DNA of 64,000 nucleotides from Bacteroidota bacterium (GTDB taxonomy: Bacteria > Bacteroidota > Ignavibacteria > UBA10030 > UBA6906), in assembly GCA_035506295.1 (NCBI GenBank), contig DATJPR010000130.1, positions 2,414 to 66,413 on the forward strand, read 5' to 3'. The notes under the pieces were generated by a model. That model was not told the DNA's origin. It made no database searches and saw nothing but the letters and a program-made list of their open reading frames with translations. Position 1 is the first letter of the stretch; each line of letters opens with the position of its first letter. Shown in pieces: positions 39,467 to 48,155 of the stretch. The position numbers were made by a program, and so were the translations under genes.

Positions 39467-39503
39467 TGGACTCCCGTCAAGCTTCGCAAACTCACACAAC
39501 GAA

Positions 39504-41942
39504 ATGATGGAAACCAGAGAAGTGACCTCGACGAAAAAAGCGACCCGCGTTCTGGCGGTGGCGATTTGTCAGTTGTCCACCTTCTTGGTGTTGGTGTTTC
39601 TTCTCAGCCTATGCAGTGTCCTGTCATCGTGCTCGCGGGAGCCGGCCCAGAATCATGCTGTCCGTTTTGTCGCATTGATCCATCGTCCAGCCGCCGGGCA
39701 ACCCGTCTTTCTCACGGGGAGCGATTCGAGCCTTGGGGATTGGAACCCTCAAGCAATCTTGATGGACAGGAATTCGGATTCTGTCTGGTCGAAAACCATC
39801 CCTCTCCGTCAAGGAGAGGAGGTGGAGTACAATGTTACCGCTGGGTCGATGTGGACGCAAGCTCTGGATTCAGAGGAGCATGTATATTCCAACTTTCGCC
39901 TCACGGTCGAGGGCGACACCTCCGTCGTCGTGGAGGTGTTCAACTGGCTCAATCATATGCGAGATGGGATCCCCGTTCTCACTGCGGAACGGTTTCACGC
40001 CAGGCGGCAGCCACTCTTCCTGGGAGACCTGTGGAGATATCATGCTGGTGATGACACGATGTGGGCGGCGGTCTCGTTCAATGACAGTGGTTGGCCGGTC
40101 GCGGATCCATCCATCGAGTGGCAGGATTCGTCAAAGCTCCGGTGGGAGGGTAGAGGATGGTTTCGCTTTCACATGTATGTCGACTCATCACTCTGGAACC
40201 GCACCCTTGCGATACGTATCGAGGAAACCGGAGCCTCGCAGATCTATTACGATGGCCGACTTCTCTATGGCTTCGGAGACGTTGGAGCCTCAGGAGGAAC
40301 CTACCGATCCAACAATATGTCGTGGTGGCAAGAGATGCAAATCGATCCCCGGCCGGAACAGCTGATCGCGGTACGCTATGCAAATCCGGACTGGCGTGAG
40401 ATCCAGCGGATCGGGTATAACCCGGGCTTTCTCATTTCTCTCAAGGATCTGAATACTGCTTTTCGAACCGCGGTGGGGAACCGTCAAAATGCCGAGCGCC
40501 AGATTGCCTTTACGCTCATACCGTTGATCCTGGCCTTGGTCCATCTATCTCTCTACGGATTTCTTCGGAGCCAGAGGCAGAACCTATACTACGCATTGTG
40601 CATGCTCGGATTTGCTGGCCTGACCTACTTCAGCTACGAGCGAAACCTCATCGTCGACGTGCCCAGGATCCTATTGCTCACCAAGCTCGGATCGATCTCA
40701 GTCGTTGTCGCAATATTCTTCGGCCTGATGACTGCGTTCGCCTTGAACTACGATCGCATGCCACGGCGAGTGTGGGCCTACCTAACCTGCGCCATTGTCC
40801 TCACGTCGCTTTCCCTTTCCGGTTTTTCGACCCGACTTATCCTCTCGCTCTATTACGTGTTCTTTGGACTTACCGCCCTGGAGGGGATCCTCTCTGGATT
40901 CAAGACGAGGACCAGGCGACACGGGGGAGGTTGGCTCCTGATCGCCGGCTTTCTTGCCCTGGACGTCTTCATTTTTCTTCAGGCCCTGGTCGACTACGCA
41001 ATAGTTCAACCCACCACTGCCACAAGCCAGGCGTATGTATATGGGATGATGTCGCTTGCCATATCTATGTCTCTATTTCTGTCGTACGACTTTGCGCGTG
41101 TGAGCAGAGATCTGCAAGCCCAGCTTTTCGCGGTAAGGACGCTGTCCGACAAGGCTCTCGAGCAGGAGCGAAAGGCAAACGCACTGGCCCTCGAACGAAA
41201 GATGATCGAGATTGAAAGCGAGCGCAAAAGCGCTGAACTTGAATCTGCTCGTGCCCTGCAGGTGTCTTTGCTTCCGAAAGACGTCCCGCATCTGGCGGGC
41301 CTTGAGATCGCAGCAATCATGAAGACTGCAAGCGAAGTGGGTGGCGATTACTATGATTTTTTTACAGACGACGGGTCGCTGACGATCGCGGTCGGCGATG
41401 CGACCGGCCACGGCTTGAAAGCCGGCAATATGGTAACCGCAACCAAAGGACTTCTTAACATGCTCGTCGGACTTGAACATGTCGATGAGATCATCATCTC
41501 GGCAAATCAAGCGATCAAGAGGATGAACCTGCCGATGATGGCGATGTGCCTCGCCGTCGCCCGGCTTCGCGGTAATACCCTCTGGTACAGCTCAGCCGGG
41601 ATGCCGCCCCTGCTTCACTACCACGCCTCGGTCAAAAAGTGCGAGCAGATTGTCTTGAAGGCGATGCCTCTGGGCGCTGTGGAGAGATTCCCATACCAGC
41701 GTGCCTCACTTTCTCTTGTGTCCGGTGATGTGGTTGTCATGACCAGCGATGGACTCTTCGAGATCTTCAACGAGGAGCGCAACATCTATGGCATGGACAA
41801 TGTCATGCGGTCGTTGGTGGCACACGGGCACCGTTCCGCTGAAAGCATCGCACAAGGACTGCTCGACGACGGAATCGCCTGGAAAGGAAAAGCACCCTTG
41901 GAGGATGACCTGACGATTGTGGTCGCGAAAGTGACGGCGTAG
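39504..41942 (+). CDS. Lipoprotein-anchored CBM20-like / 7TMR-DISM extracellular domain / 7TM / SpoIIE (PP2C) phosphatase
   Basis: 812 aa. Domains in order:
- Lipobox LSSC.
- Starch-binding-like segment (VFLTGSDSSLGDWNPQAILM...W...EYNV).
- DISMED2-like segment (WRYHAGDD..W...GWFRF).
- 7 TM helices, then a coiled coil.
- SpoIIE core (EVGGDYYDFF...GDATGHGLKAG...TSDGL...EDDLTIV). Confidence 0.85.
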   Translation: MMETREVTSTKKATRVLAVAICQLSTFLVLVFLLSLCSVLSSCSREPAQNHAVRFVALIHRPAAGQPVFLTGSDSSLGDWNPQAILMDRNSDSVWSKTIPLRQGEEVEYNVTAGSMWTQALDSEEHVYSNFRLTVEGDTSVVVEVFNWLNHMRDGIPVLTAERFHARRQPLFLGDLWRYHAGDDTMWAAVSFNDSGWPVADPSIEWQDSSKLRWEGRGWFRFHMYVDSSLWNRTLAIRIEETGASQIYYDGRLLYGFGDVGASGGTYRSNNMSWWQEMQIDPRPEQLIAVRYANPDWREIQRIGYNPGFLISLKDLNTAFRTAVGNRQNAERQIAFTLIPLILALVHLSLYGFLRSQRQNLYYALCMLGFAGLTYFSYERNLIVDVPRILLLTKLGSISVVVAIFFGLMTAFALNYDRMPRRVWAYLTCAIVLTSLSLSGFSTRLILSLYYVFFGLTALEGILSGFKTRTRRHGGGWLLIAGFLALDVFIFLQALVDYAIVQPTTATSQAYVYGMMSLAISMSLFLSYDFARVSRDLQAQLFAVRTLSDKALEQERKANALALERKMIEIESERKSAELESARALQVSLLPKDVPHLAGLEIAAIMKTASEVGGDYYDFFTDDGSLTIAVGDATGHGLKAGNMVTATKGLLNMLVGLEHVDEIIISANQAIKRMNLPMMAMCLAVARLRGNTLWYSSAGMPPLLHYHASVKKCEQIVLKAMPLGAVERFPYQRASLSLVSGDVVVMTSDGLFEIFNEERNIYGMDNVMRSLVAHGHRSAESIAQGLLDDGIAWKGKAPLEDDLTIVVAKVTA

Positions 41943-42155
41943 GTCTTTCCGGCCAAAACGAATGTCACGCGCGATGAGCGAACGCGTGGACGCACAGATA
42001 ATCTGAATCGACAATACCTGTGGGAACCTTGCCATCGGATTCCGTGGAGGGATTTAACGATTTGTTAACGCTCCCGACATCCCTATGAAACCAAGGTTGG
42101 CTATCTTGCGTGGGCAAAGTGCGAGACTAGCCAGTCCCACGAAAAGAGGAGCGCG

Positions 42156-42338
42156 ATGGTAACGCCCGACTATGTAAGAATCCTCAAACTTGATAAGATC
42201 GCTCTGAAGTCAAAAACGTACACAATCTTTTTGCGACGTGTGCAGCCCCGACTGCACAACGCGAGGAAACTCGGTGTGGATCACAGCTTCGCGTTCTTTG
42301 TCGATCGCGCCTGGTATCTCTTTGGGAATGGAAAGTAA
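42156..42338 (+). CDS. Hypothetical 60-aa protein
   Basis: ATG preceded by GAGGAG. No motif. Could be non-coding. Confidence 0.3.
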   Translation: MVTPDYVRILKLDKIALKSKTYTIFLRRVQPRLHNARKLGVDHSFAFFVDRAWYLFGNGK

Positions 42339-42404
42339 TCATCGCGATTGCATTCGGCGGGACCGACGAGAGGAGGTGCCTGGAAGACGAGGGAATCGGT
42401 GAAT

Positions 42405-43325
42405 TCAATATCGCCAAACAAGTGAGATGCCTATGCCGTTGGGTACGATCAACGGGGCAACAACGAGCCGCTGTGCATCCTCTGGGCTCTTTGGATTCTC
42501 CGATTCGGGATGGGAAACGATCATGCCAAAAGTGTAGCCGAGGGAAATCCCGAGCGGATAGTCGCTATACCAATGGATGCCGTTATTGACAAGTCCGATC
42601 GCGAGGAGCACGCATGCTGAGTATCCGACGGGTCGAACCCATTTCCATTCAGGGTAGTTCTCTGCGACCACAGTCACCGTTGCTACTGCGGATTCTATGT
42701 GACCGGAGGGAAATGCATCATACCGGGGCACGTGCTTCATATACTCCATCTGGTTCGGGAGAAATCTCCATCGCCCGGTAGGGACGCTGGCATCGCTGGG
42801 TCTTTCGCGTCCCGTAATGTGTTTCAACAACTGTACGGCAAGTCCTCCCGAAAGAATAACCTCAACGAGTTGGCTTCCCGTTCTCAGCGCTCTCTGATCC
42901 CCACAGCTCAGCCCATACGCGCCAAACACGGCTGAGACGGTGAACAATGAGCGACCATCACCGAAGTACACAAAGAAATCGCTCAAGCGTCTGGTGATGG
43001 CATTGGAACCATACCACGTTCGTGAGAGAGCCCACGTTTGACGGTCGGTCGAAAGCAGAGCGGCTGTCAGGGCTGTTATCCCTGCCATCGCCGGAAGAGC
43101 ACCTGTGTGAATTGTCGTCTCTCCAACGCGAGCCCAATCGCCCGGGATGTTGGTGAACATCGTATACCACCTGAGGTTTGGAGCAGGTTGAGTAAAAGAT
43201 GGTACCGCTGGCGAGGATGTCGTGTCATTGGTTTCCTGGGCCATGATTTTTCCTAGCCCTGGAGATGGAAACATGTTCATGAAGGCAAGGAGCAGTGTAA
43301 TTCCAATGGTCTTCAATGCGATCAC
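42405..43325 (-). CDS. PAP2-family phosphatase (membrane/secreted)
   Basis: PAP2 motifs KHITGRERP, PSGH, and HWYSD, plus an N-terminal signal/TM. Confidence 0.8.
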   Translation of the reverse strand: MIALKTIGITLLLAFMNMFPSPGLGKIMAQETNDTTSSPAVPSFTQPAPNLRWYTMFTNIPGDWARVGETTIHTGALPAMAGITALTAALLSTDRQTWALSRTWYGSNAITRRLSDFFVYFGDGRSLFTVSAVFGAYGLSCGDQRALRTGSQLVEVILSGGLAVQLLKHITGRERPSDASVPTGRWRFLPNQMEYMKHVPRYDAFPSGHIESAVATVTVVAENYPEWKWVRPVGYSACVLLAIGLVNNGIHWYSDYPLGISLGYTFGMIVSHPESENPKSPEDAQRLVVAPLIVPNGIGISLVWRY

Positions 43326-43851
43326 CTTGATCTTCGTCGCTTGAGATTACTGCAAAAAGCAAAAAGTGAGAAGGAGGATGATAAACACCGGGGGGACGTT
43401 TTCATTTCCTCATCATACTACTCTTCAATGATCTCTGGGTAACGAGAGTGTTGCCAAATTGTTATCTTAAATGTCGACGGGCAAGACTGGAAGGCAGGTC
43501 GCACCCAGGCTGAAGGGCTCAGGAGTATATTTCGCAGAACGCAGAATATCATGGGATGATACGTGCTAGACACGGTCAGCAAAAGTTACGCCGAAGAGAT
43601 GTGAGCGCCGAACTCCGAAGTGCAAGCGATGTGCGCGGCGATGTGCTCGAGGAGTACGCTAAGGCTGGACAGTTCGGGAACCTCAGAAGACCGGCAATCA
43701 CCATCTGAGCGTCGGCAGCCGAAGCGAGACAAGACTTGAGTTTGCCATGTTGGACAATCTTCTGCGTAAGTCTCAGCGTGGTCTGGATTATTGGTGCGGA
43801 ATTGGTAGCTTCTCATGATGTGCTACAGCTTCTTACGATCGGGATGCTCAA

Positions 43852-44097
43852 ATGAGGAACTCGAACGGCTTTCCGCTCTATGTCCGTGCGGGCTTGCTTG
43901 GAGTGCGCAGCAGGAGGCAAGCGTGGCTTCAATTCTGGGTCGCACTCGCAGTATCCACTTTTCTGTTTCTCCTCCTTGATATCGGCTCTTCTTTTTTCTG
44001 GACACTGGTCTACGTTGGGTCAGTTCTCCTCACAGCAAGGTGGTTTCTAGCTTGCATCCGTTGGGTGGATGAACATGCCAATTGGGAGAAAGAGTGA
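43852..44097 (+). CDS. Hypothetical small membrane protein
   Basis: 81 aa with two hydrophobic helices. No motif. Confidence 0.3.
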   Translation: MRNSNGFPLYVRAGLLGVRSRRQAWLQFWVALAVSTFLFLLLDIGSSFFWTLVYVGSVLLTARWFLACIRWVDEHANWEKE

Positions 44098-44123
44098 CCT
44101 CCCCAGATCGCAGGTTGCTCCCA

Positions 44124-44519
44124 ATGTCGGCAGGGTGGCAGACCGTCCAATGGATGCTCTTCGCCGTGTGGATCGCAGACGCGATTGCAGTTATGATGCA
44201 CAGGAGGGCAGGATTTCTGACCAACCATGCAGCTGATTTAACGTTGCCCCCTTGGCTTTACATCACTTTTCGCCGTCAATACAGAGGACTGGCAGGATTG
44301 CCGCTTGTCCGTGATATTTGCGCTTCGGCAGTGAAGACGGGTTCATTCGTGCTGCTAGCATCGTGCGCAACAGAAGTCTCGCAGTATTTCTGGCCGCACG
44401 GTCTCTTCGCAGGCACGTTTGATTGGTATGACCTCCTCACGTATTTCATCGGCGTGACAGCAGTAGTTGCTGCCGATCTGCGATGGGACATACGCGGGGC
44501 CGGGAGGGCGATGCCCTGA
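44124..44519 (+). CDS. Hypothetical membrane protein (C-terminal GTFDWYDLLTYFIG, reminiscent of DUF2809-type proteins)
   Basis: Hydrophobic helices. The family resemblance is from memory only. It competes with a 214-aa antisense ORF. Confidence 0.45.
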   Translation: MSAGWQTVQWMLFAVWIADAIAVMMHRRAGFLTNHAADLTLPPWLYITFRRQYRGLAGLPLVRDICASAVKTGSFVLLASCATEVSQYFWPHGLFAGTFDWYDLLTYFIGVTAVVAADLRWDIRGAGRAMP

Positions 44520-44867
44520 AGAACGAACGATGCTTCCCTGCAACGCAAGGAAAAACAGGAGTCGGTAGGCGGGCAAAGGAAGGCTCTGCATGTTTGGCGG
44601 CCAGCAAAAACCAAGGGATCTGTCGCCGGAGGTGGCAGTAATCTGAGAGTTGGATTTGCTACTTCTGGAGTGCATCCATTCTCTCCCCCATTTTTCCTGA
44701 GACCTTCTTGGCCGTTGACAAAGCTGATTCTTGTCCTATGCATAGCCAGCGGCTGTAGCGCCGCGGCAGTGAGCGCGGGTGGGCTCGAGCCGCCAGCCGA
44801 AAAAAACAGCAGCCCCGTTGTCAGAATCTGCCGCTCCATTTCTTGCATGAACATGAGACTGATCTCG

Positions 44868-44896
44868 TTGCATGGCTCGCACGCCTTTCGTATATT
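44868..44896 (+). promoter_or_regulatory. Sigma70-like promoter for tRNA-Arg (TTGCAT-17 nt-TATATT)
   Basis: Read directly: -35 at 44868-44873, 17-nt spacer, -10 at 44891-44896, about 50 nt upstream of the tRNA. Confidence 0.4.
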
Positions 44897-44948
44897 TGGC
44901 TTGGTGTTCATGCAATCCACGCTCCCGGCCCCGACATTCTGTCACAGC

Positions 44949-45023
44949 GCCCTCGTAGCTCAGTATGGATAGAGCAGCAGTTTCCTAAACTGTTGGTCGC
45001 GTGTTCGAATCACGCCGAGGGCA
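44949..45023 (+). tRNA. tRNA-Arg (anticodon CCT)
   Basis: Hand-folded cloverleaf:
- Acceptor stem GCCCTCG/CGAGGGC.
- D arm GCTC..GAGC.
- Anticodon stem GCAGT/ACTGT with loop TTCCTAA.
- T arm GCGTG-TTCGAAT-CACGC.
- Discriminator A.

No encoded CCA. Confidence 0.9.
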
Positions 45024-45042
45024 CGCTTCTTTGAGCAAAGAC

Positions 45043-45552
45043 ATGAACTTCCTGGCGCTCGATTTTGAAACGGCCGACTACGGGCCGGACAGCGCGTGCG
45101 CAGTGGGGCTGATCAGGGTGAGAGACGGAAGGATCGAGTCGCGCGCGGCGTACCTTATCCGACCGCCGAGACCGGAGTTCGTATTTACGTACATCCATGG
45201 GATTAGGTGGGAGGACGTCGAACAGATGCCGACGTTCGGGAAGCTCTGGCCGACCATCAAGCCGATGTTCCAGGAGGTCGACTTTGTTGCGGCACACAAC
45301 GCCAGCTTCGATCAGGGAGTCCTGTATGCCTGCTGCGAGTCAGCCGGCATCGAACCGCCTGATGTGCCGTTCCGATGCACCATGGTCGAAGCACGACGTC
45401 AGTGGGGGATCTATCCAACCAAGCTGCCCGATGTCTGCCGACGGCTCGGCATCGAGCTTCGCCATCACGATGCTTCCTCGGACGCAGAAGCGTGCGCCCA
45501 GATCATGATCAAAGTCCTCGCTCCCCAGGTCAGCCCTAGATCAAGGCGATAG
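45043..45552 (+). CDS. DEDDh 3'-5' exonuclease (DnaQ/epsilon-like domain protein)
   Basis: Exo I LALDFETAD, Exo II AAHNASFDQGVL, Exo III HHDASSDAEA. ATG lies 20 nt after the tRNA. Confidence 0.8.
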   Translation: MNFLALDFETADYGPDSACAVGLIRVRDGRIESRAAYLIRPPRPEFVFTYIHGIRWEDVEQMPTFGKLWPTIKPMFQEVDFVAAHNASFDQGVLYACCESAGIEPPDVPFRCTMVEARRQWGIYPTKLPDVCRRLGIELRHHDASSDAEACAQIMIKVLAPQVSPRSRR

Positions 45553-45922
45553 CACGCTCCAAGCGCTTCCTCACCTCTGTCGCGATAGTTTCCAGTTGAG
45601 GATTCTCTACAAGCTTGCCCATCGACACCGGGTCGAAGGCAGAGACGGTCGTCTTTCCACCCTTCGTCTGAACAACGACGTTACACGGGAGGAGAAGACC
45701 GATCTGCTCGTCCGTCTGCAACGCCTGATACGCAAAGGGAGGATTACACGCGCCGAGGATCACGTATTGATGGAAGTCGACGTCCAGTTTCTTCTTCAAT
45801 GTTTCCTTGACGTCGATGGTGGTCAGGATCCCGAAGCCCTCCTTCTTCAATTCCTCCGTGACCTTTTGCACCGCCTGCGCGAAGGAAAGAGAGACCGTCC
45901 GTTCGATGCCGTAGGACGTCAT
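45536..45922 (-). CDS. DUF302 domain protein
   Basis: 128 aa. The pattern EGFGILTTIDVKETLKKKLD...YVILGACNP is typical of DUF302. Confidence 0.8.
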   Translation of the reverse strand: MTSYGIERTVSLSFAQAVQKVTEELKKEGFGILTTIDVKETLKKKLDVDFHQYVILGACNPPFAYQALQTDEQIGLLLPCNVVVQTKGGKTTVSAFDPVSMGKLVENPQLETIATEVRKRLERAIALI

Positions 45923-46326
45923 CAGCGTTTTCCTTTCTGTCGGGTTTCAGTTCGGTGGAGGAAATTCCACTCGGCGATCCCGCCCTTCATGTTGGCGCTC
46001 TTCAGTCCTTGCTTGCGAAGAAGATGAGCCGCAGTCCCGCTTCTGTTGCCGCTCTGGCAAAAACAAATGATCTCTCGGTTGCCATACTTTTTCAATTCGG
46101 CGATCCGGTGACGCAGCTCCTGAAGAGGAATGTGCAACGAGCCGGGGATTGAGCCCGCCGCCCGTTCTGCATCGGTCCGAACGTCCAGGAGAATTACTTC
46201 GCCGGCATGATTCCGACGCAGCTCATCCGCTTGCTCCGGGCCGTATTGGGAAATCCCTCTGCGACGAAGGTAGGAATTCACGATGAGGAAGAGAAGAATT
46301 GCTGCGACGACAACAAAGATAATCAT
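45922..46326 (-). CDS. Membrane-anchored rhodanese-like sulfurtransferase domain protein
   Basis: N-terminal TM helix and active-site loop CQSGNRS. 1-nt TGATG overlap with the DUF302 gene. Confidence 0.8.
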   Translation of the reverse strand: MIIFVVVAAILLFLIVNSYLRRRGISQYGPEQADELRRNHAGEVILLDVRTDAERAAGSIPGSLHIPLQELRHRIAELKKYGNREIICFCQSGNRSGTAAHLLRKQGLKSANMKGGIAEWNFLHRTETRQKGKR

Positions 46327-46439
46327 AGGAATGGGCTGGGAGATATGTTGCTGACCTTGAGGTTCTACACAGGATAGTCATATGATGCAGTCTGAACCCA
46401 ATGCGAGTCGGAGAAGATGAAAAATTTGACCGGATGAGC

Positions 46440-46468
46440 TTGACATGGACCCCGTCCTCTGCTATATT
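46440..46468 (+). promoter_or_regulatory. Sigma70-like trp operon promoter (TTGACA-17 nt-TATATT)
   Basis: Read directly: consensus -35 at 46440-46445, 17-nt spacer, -10 at 46463-46468. The -10 ends 6 nt before the leader ATG. Confidence 0.5.
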
Positions 46469-46474
46469 CCATAC

Positions 46475-46546
46475 ATGCAACAATCAAGCACAAACACACT
46501 TTCTGTGCATTCATCCTGGTGGTGGCGCAGCCTGGTTGCCGGCTGA
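46475..46546 (+). CDS. trpL: trp operon leader peptide, 23 codons with three consecutive Trp codons (MQQSSTNTLSVHSSWWWRSLVAG)
   Basis: ATG 46475, TGG TGG TGG at 46517-46525, TGA 46544-46546. It is too short for the ORF track. It sits between the promoter and the terminator, directly upstream of trpE. Confidence 0.65.
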   Translation: MQQSSTNTLSVHSSWWWRSLVAG

Positions 46547-46586
46547 ATCAGCACGCGGATGATTGTTGCCTGAATTCCTCAACAAG

Positions 46587-46617
46587 CGCCCTTCTGGTTC
46601 ACCGGAAGGGCGTTTTT
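46587..46617 (+). terminator. Intrinsic terminator (attenuator) between leader peptide and trpE
   Basis: CGCCCTTCTGG (46587-46597), loop ttca, CCGGAAGGGCG (46602-46612). This is 11 bp including one G-U pair, followed by TTTTT (46613-46617). The trpE ATG is 51 nt further on. Confidence 0.7.
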
Positions 46618-46667
46618 CGTTGTTTTCAGTCCTTCGCGTTCCGCGGTACTGCACATAAGGTAGGAAG

Positions 46668-48152
46668 ATGGATCAAAACGAGTTCCGGCGACTGGCGTCG
46701 ACCTTCAATGTTATTCCGCTCACACGCACGCTGCTCGCGGACCTGCAAACGCCTGTCTCGGCGTACCTCTCGCTCCGGCAGGACTCGCGATCTTCGTTCC
46801 TGTTCGAAAGCGTCGAGCCAAATGAACGCGTCGGCCGGTTCTCCTTTATCGGCGTGGACCCGGTGATTTTGATTCGCGGTCAAGGGCCGATGTGCGAGGT
46901 CGTGGAACAGGGCGCGACGAGCCTTGCTCGGGGGACGGTTTTTGATGTCCTCGCATCGTACACTTCCCGATACAAACAGGCCCCGCTTGATGGTTTTGAG
47001 GGATTGATCGGAGGCTTTGTAGGCTATCTTGGGTACGATACGGTTCGCCATCTCGAACGCCTTCCCGGCATCGTGCCTGCCGAAGGGAGGGAGACCGAAT
47101 CAATCTTCGGACTCTTTGACGATATCGTCCGATTCGATCACTTCGGACAGAGCCTCACGATTGTCCACAATGTTTTCGTCGATCCTGGCCGCGATCCGGG
47201 TACCCAGTACGACGAGGGAGTGAGCCGCCTGGAGACGATCGAGTTGAAGCTGCGACGACCTGCCGTGGCGGCCTCCAAACTCTCTCTGGTGAATTCCATT
47301 TCGGACGCGACGCCGAAGGAGGCCTACTGCGAGGCGGTTGCCCGCGCCAAGCACTATATCGTGGAAGGCGACATTTTTCAGGTGGTCCTCTCCCGACGGC
47401 TCGATGCTCATTTCACGGGCGATCTCTTCCCGGTGTACAGAGCTCTGCGAGTCATCAATCCATCTCCCTATTTGTTCTATCTCGAATTCGGGAACACGGT
47501 GCTCGTCGGGTCATCGCCTGAGGTCCTCGTGCGTGTCCATAGGGGCGAGGCGGAGGTCCTTCCCATCGCCGGGACTCGACCCCGGGGGAGGAACGAAGAG
47601 GAAGACCTCGCCCTCGAACGCGAGCTCCTGCACGATGAAAAGGAACTCGCCGAACATATTATGCTTGTCGATCTCGGTCGCAATGACGTCGGGCGCATCG
47701 CTGACTTCGGATCCGTCTCTGTGCCTGTCCTGAAGCGTATCGAACGCTACTCGCACGTCATGCACATCGTCTCTGAAGTGAAGGGAAGATTGCGCACGGG
47801 GATCTCTACGCTTGACGCGCTGAAAGCGTGTTTCCCGGCGGGTACCGTGAGCGGTGCGCCGAAGGTCAGGGCCATGGAAATCATTGCCGAGCTGGAGCCG
47901 TTCCCGCGTGGCGCCTATGCCGGCGCCGTGGGATATCTCGGCCTCAACGGGGAGCTCGATACCTGCATTGCGATCCGCACGATCGTCGCACATGACGATT
48001 CTCTGAGCATCCAGGTCGGTGCCGGGATTGTCGCCGATTCGGTGCCCGAGCGGGAATACGAAGAGACGGTGAACAAATCCAGGGCCATGCTCGCGGCACT
48101 CCGACGGGCAGCGGAAGGGCTTCATATGGCGCCTGTGAACGATCAGGGATAG
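46668..48152 (+). CDS. trpE: Anthranilate synthase component I
   Basis: 494 aa. Chorismate-binding signature (GAYAGAVGYL, IAIRT) and N-terminal LLADLQTPVSAYL. Confidence 0.95.
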   Translation: MDQNEFRRLASTFNVIPLTRTLLADLQTPVSAYLSLRQDSRSSFLFESVEPNERVGRFSFIGVDPVILIRGQGPMCEVVEQGATSLARGTVFDVLASYTSRYKQAPLDGFEGLIGGFVGYLGYDTVRHLERLPGIVPAEGRETESIFGLFDDIVRFDHFGQSLTIVHNVFVDPGRDPGTQYDEGVSRLETIELKLRRPAVAASKLSLVNSISDATPKEAYCEAVARAKHYIVEGDIFQVVLSRRLDAHFTGDLFPVYRALRVINPSPYLFYLEFGNTVLVGSSPEVLVRVHRGEAEVLPIAGTRPRGRNEEEDLALERELLHDEKELAEHIMLVDLGRNDVGRIADFGSVSVPVLKRIERYSHVMHIVSEVKGRLRTGISTLDALKACFPAGTVSGAPKVRAMEIIAELEPFPRGAYAGAVGYLGLNGELDTCIAIRTIVAHDDSLSIQVGAGIVADSVPEREYEETVNKSRAMLAALRRAAEGLHMAPVNDQG

Positions 48153-48155
48153 ACC

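Noticed and set aside
44276-44920. 214-aa minus-strand ORF upstream of the tRNA that could fill the 430-nt gap.
   Set aside because: Its 3' 240 nt overlap the membrane-protein gene at 44124-44519. The sequence is compositionally odd (Cys/Pro/Thr-rich, no motif). I cannot exclude a shorter real gene, so the gap is flagged as a finding instead.
46519-46866. 115-aa ORF from the track starting within the trp leader and running into trpE.
   Set aside because: It uses a non-ATG start and crosses the terminator hairpin and the trpE start in another frame. It is explained by the leader peptide, attenuator and trpE.
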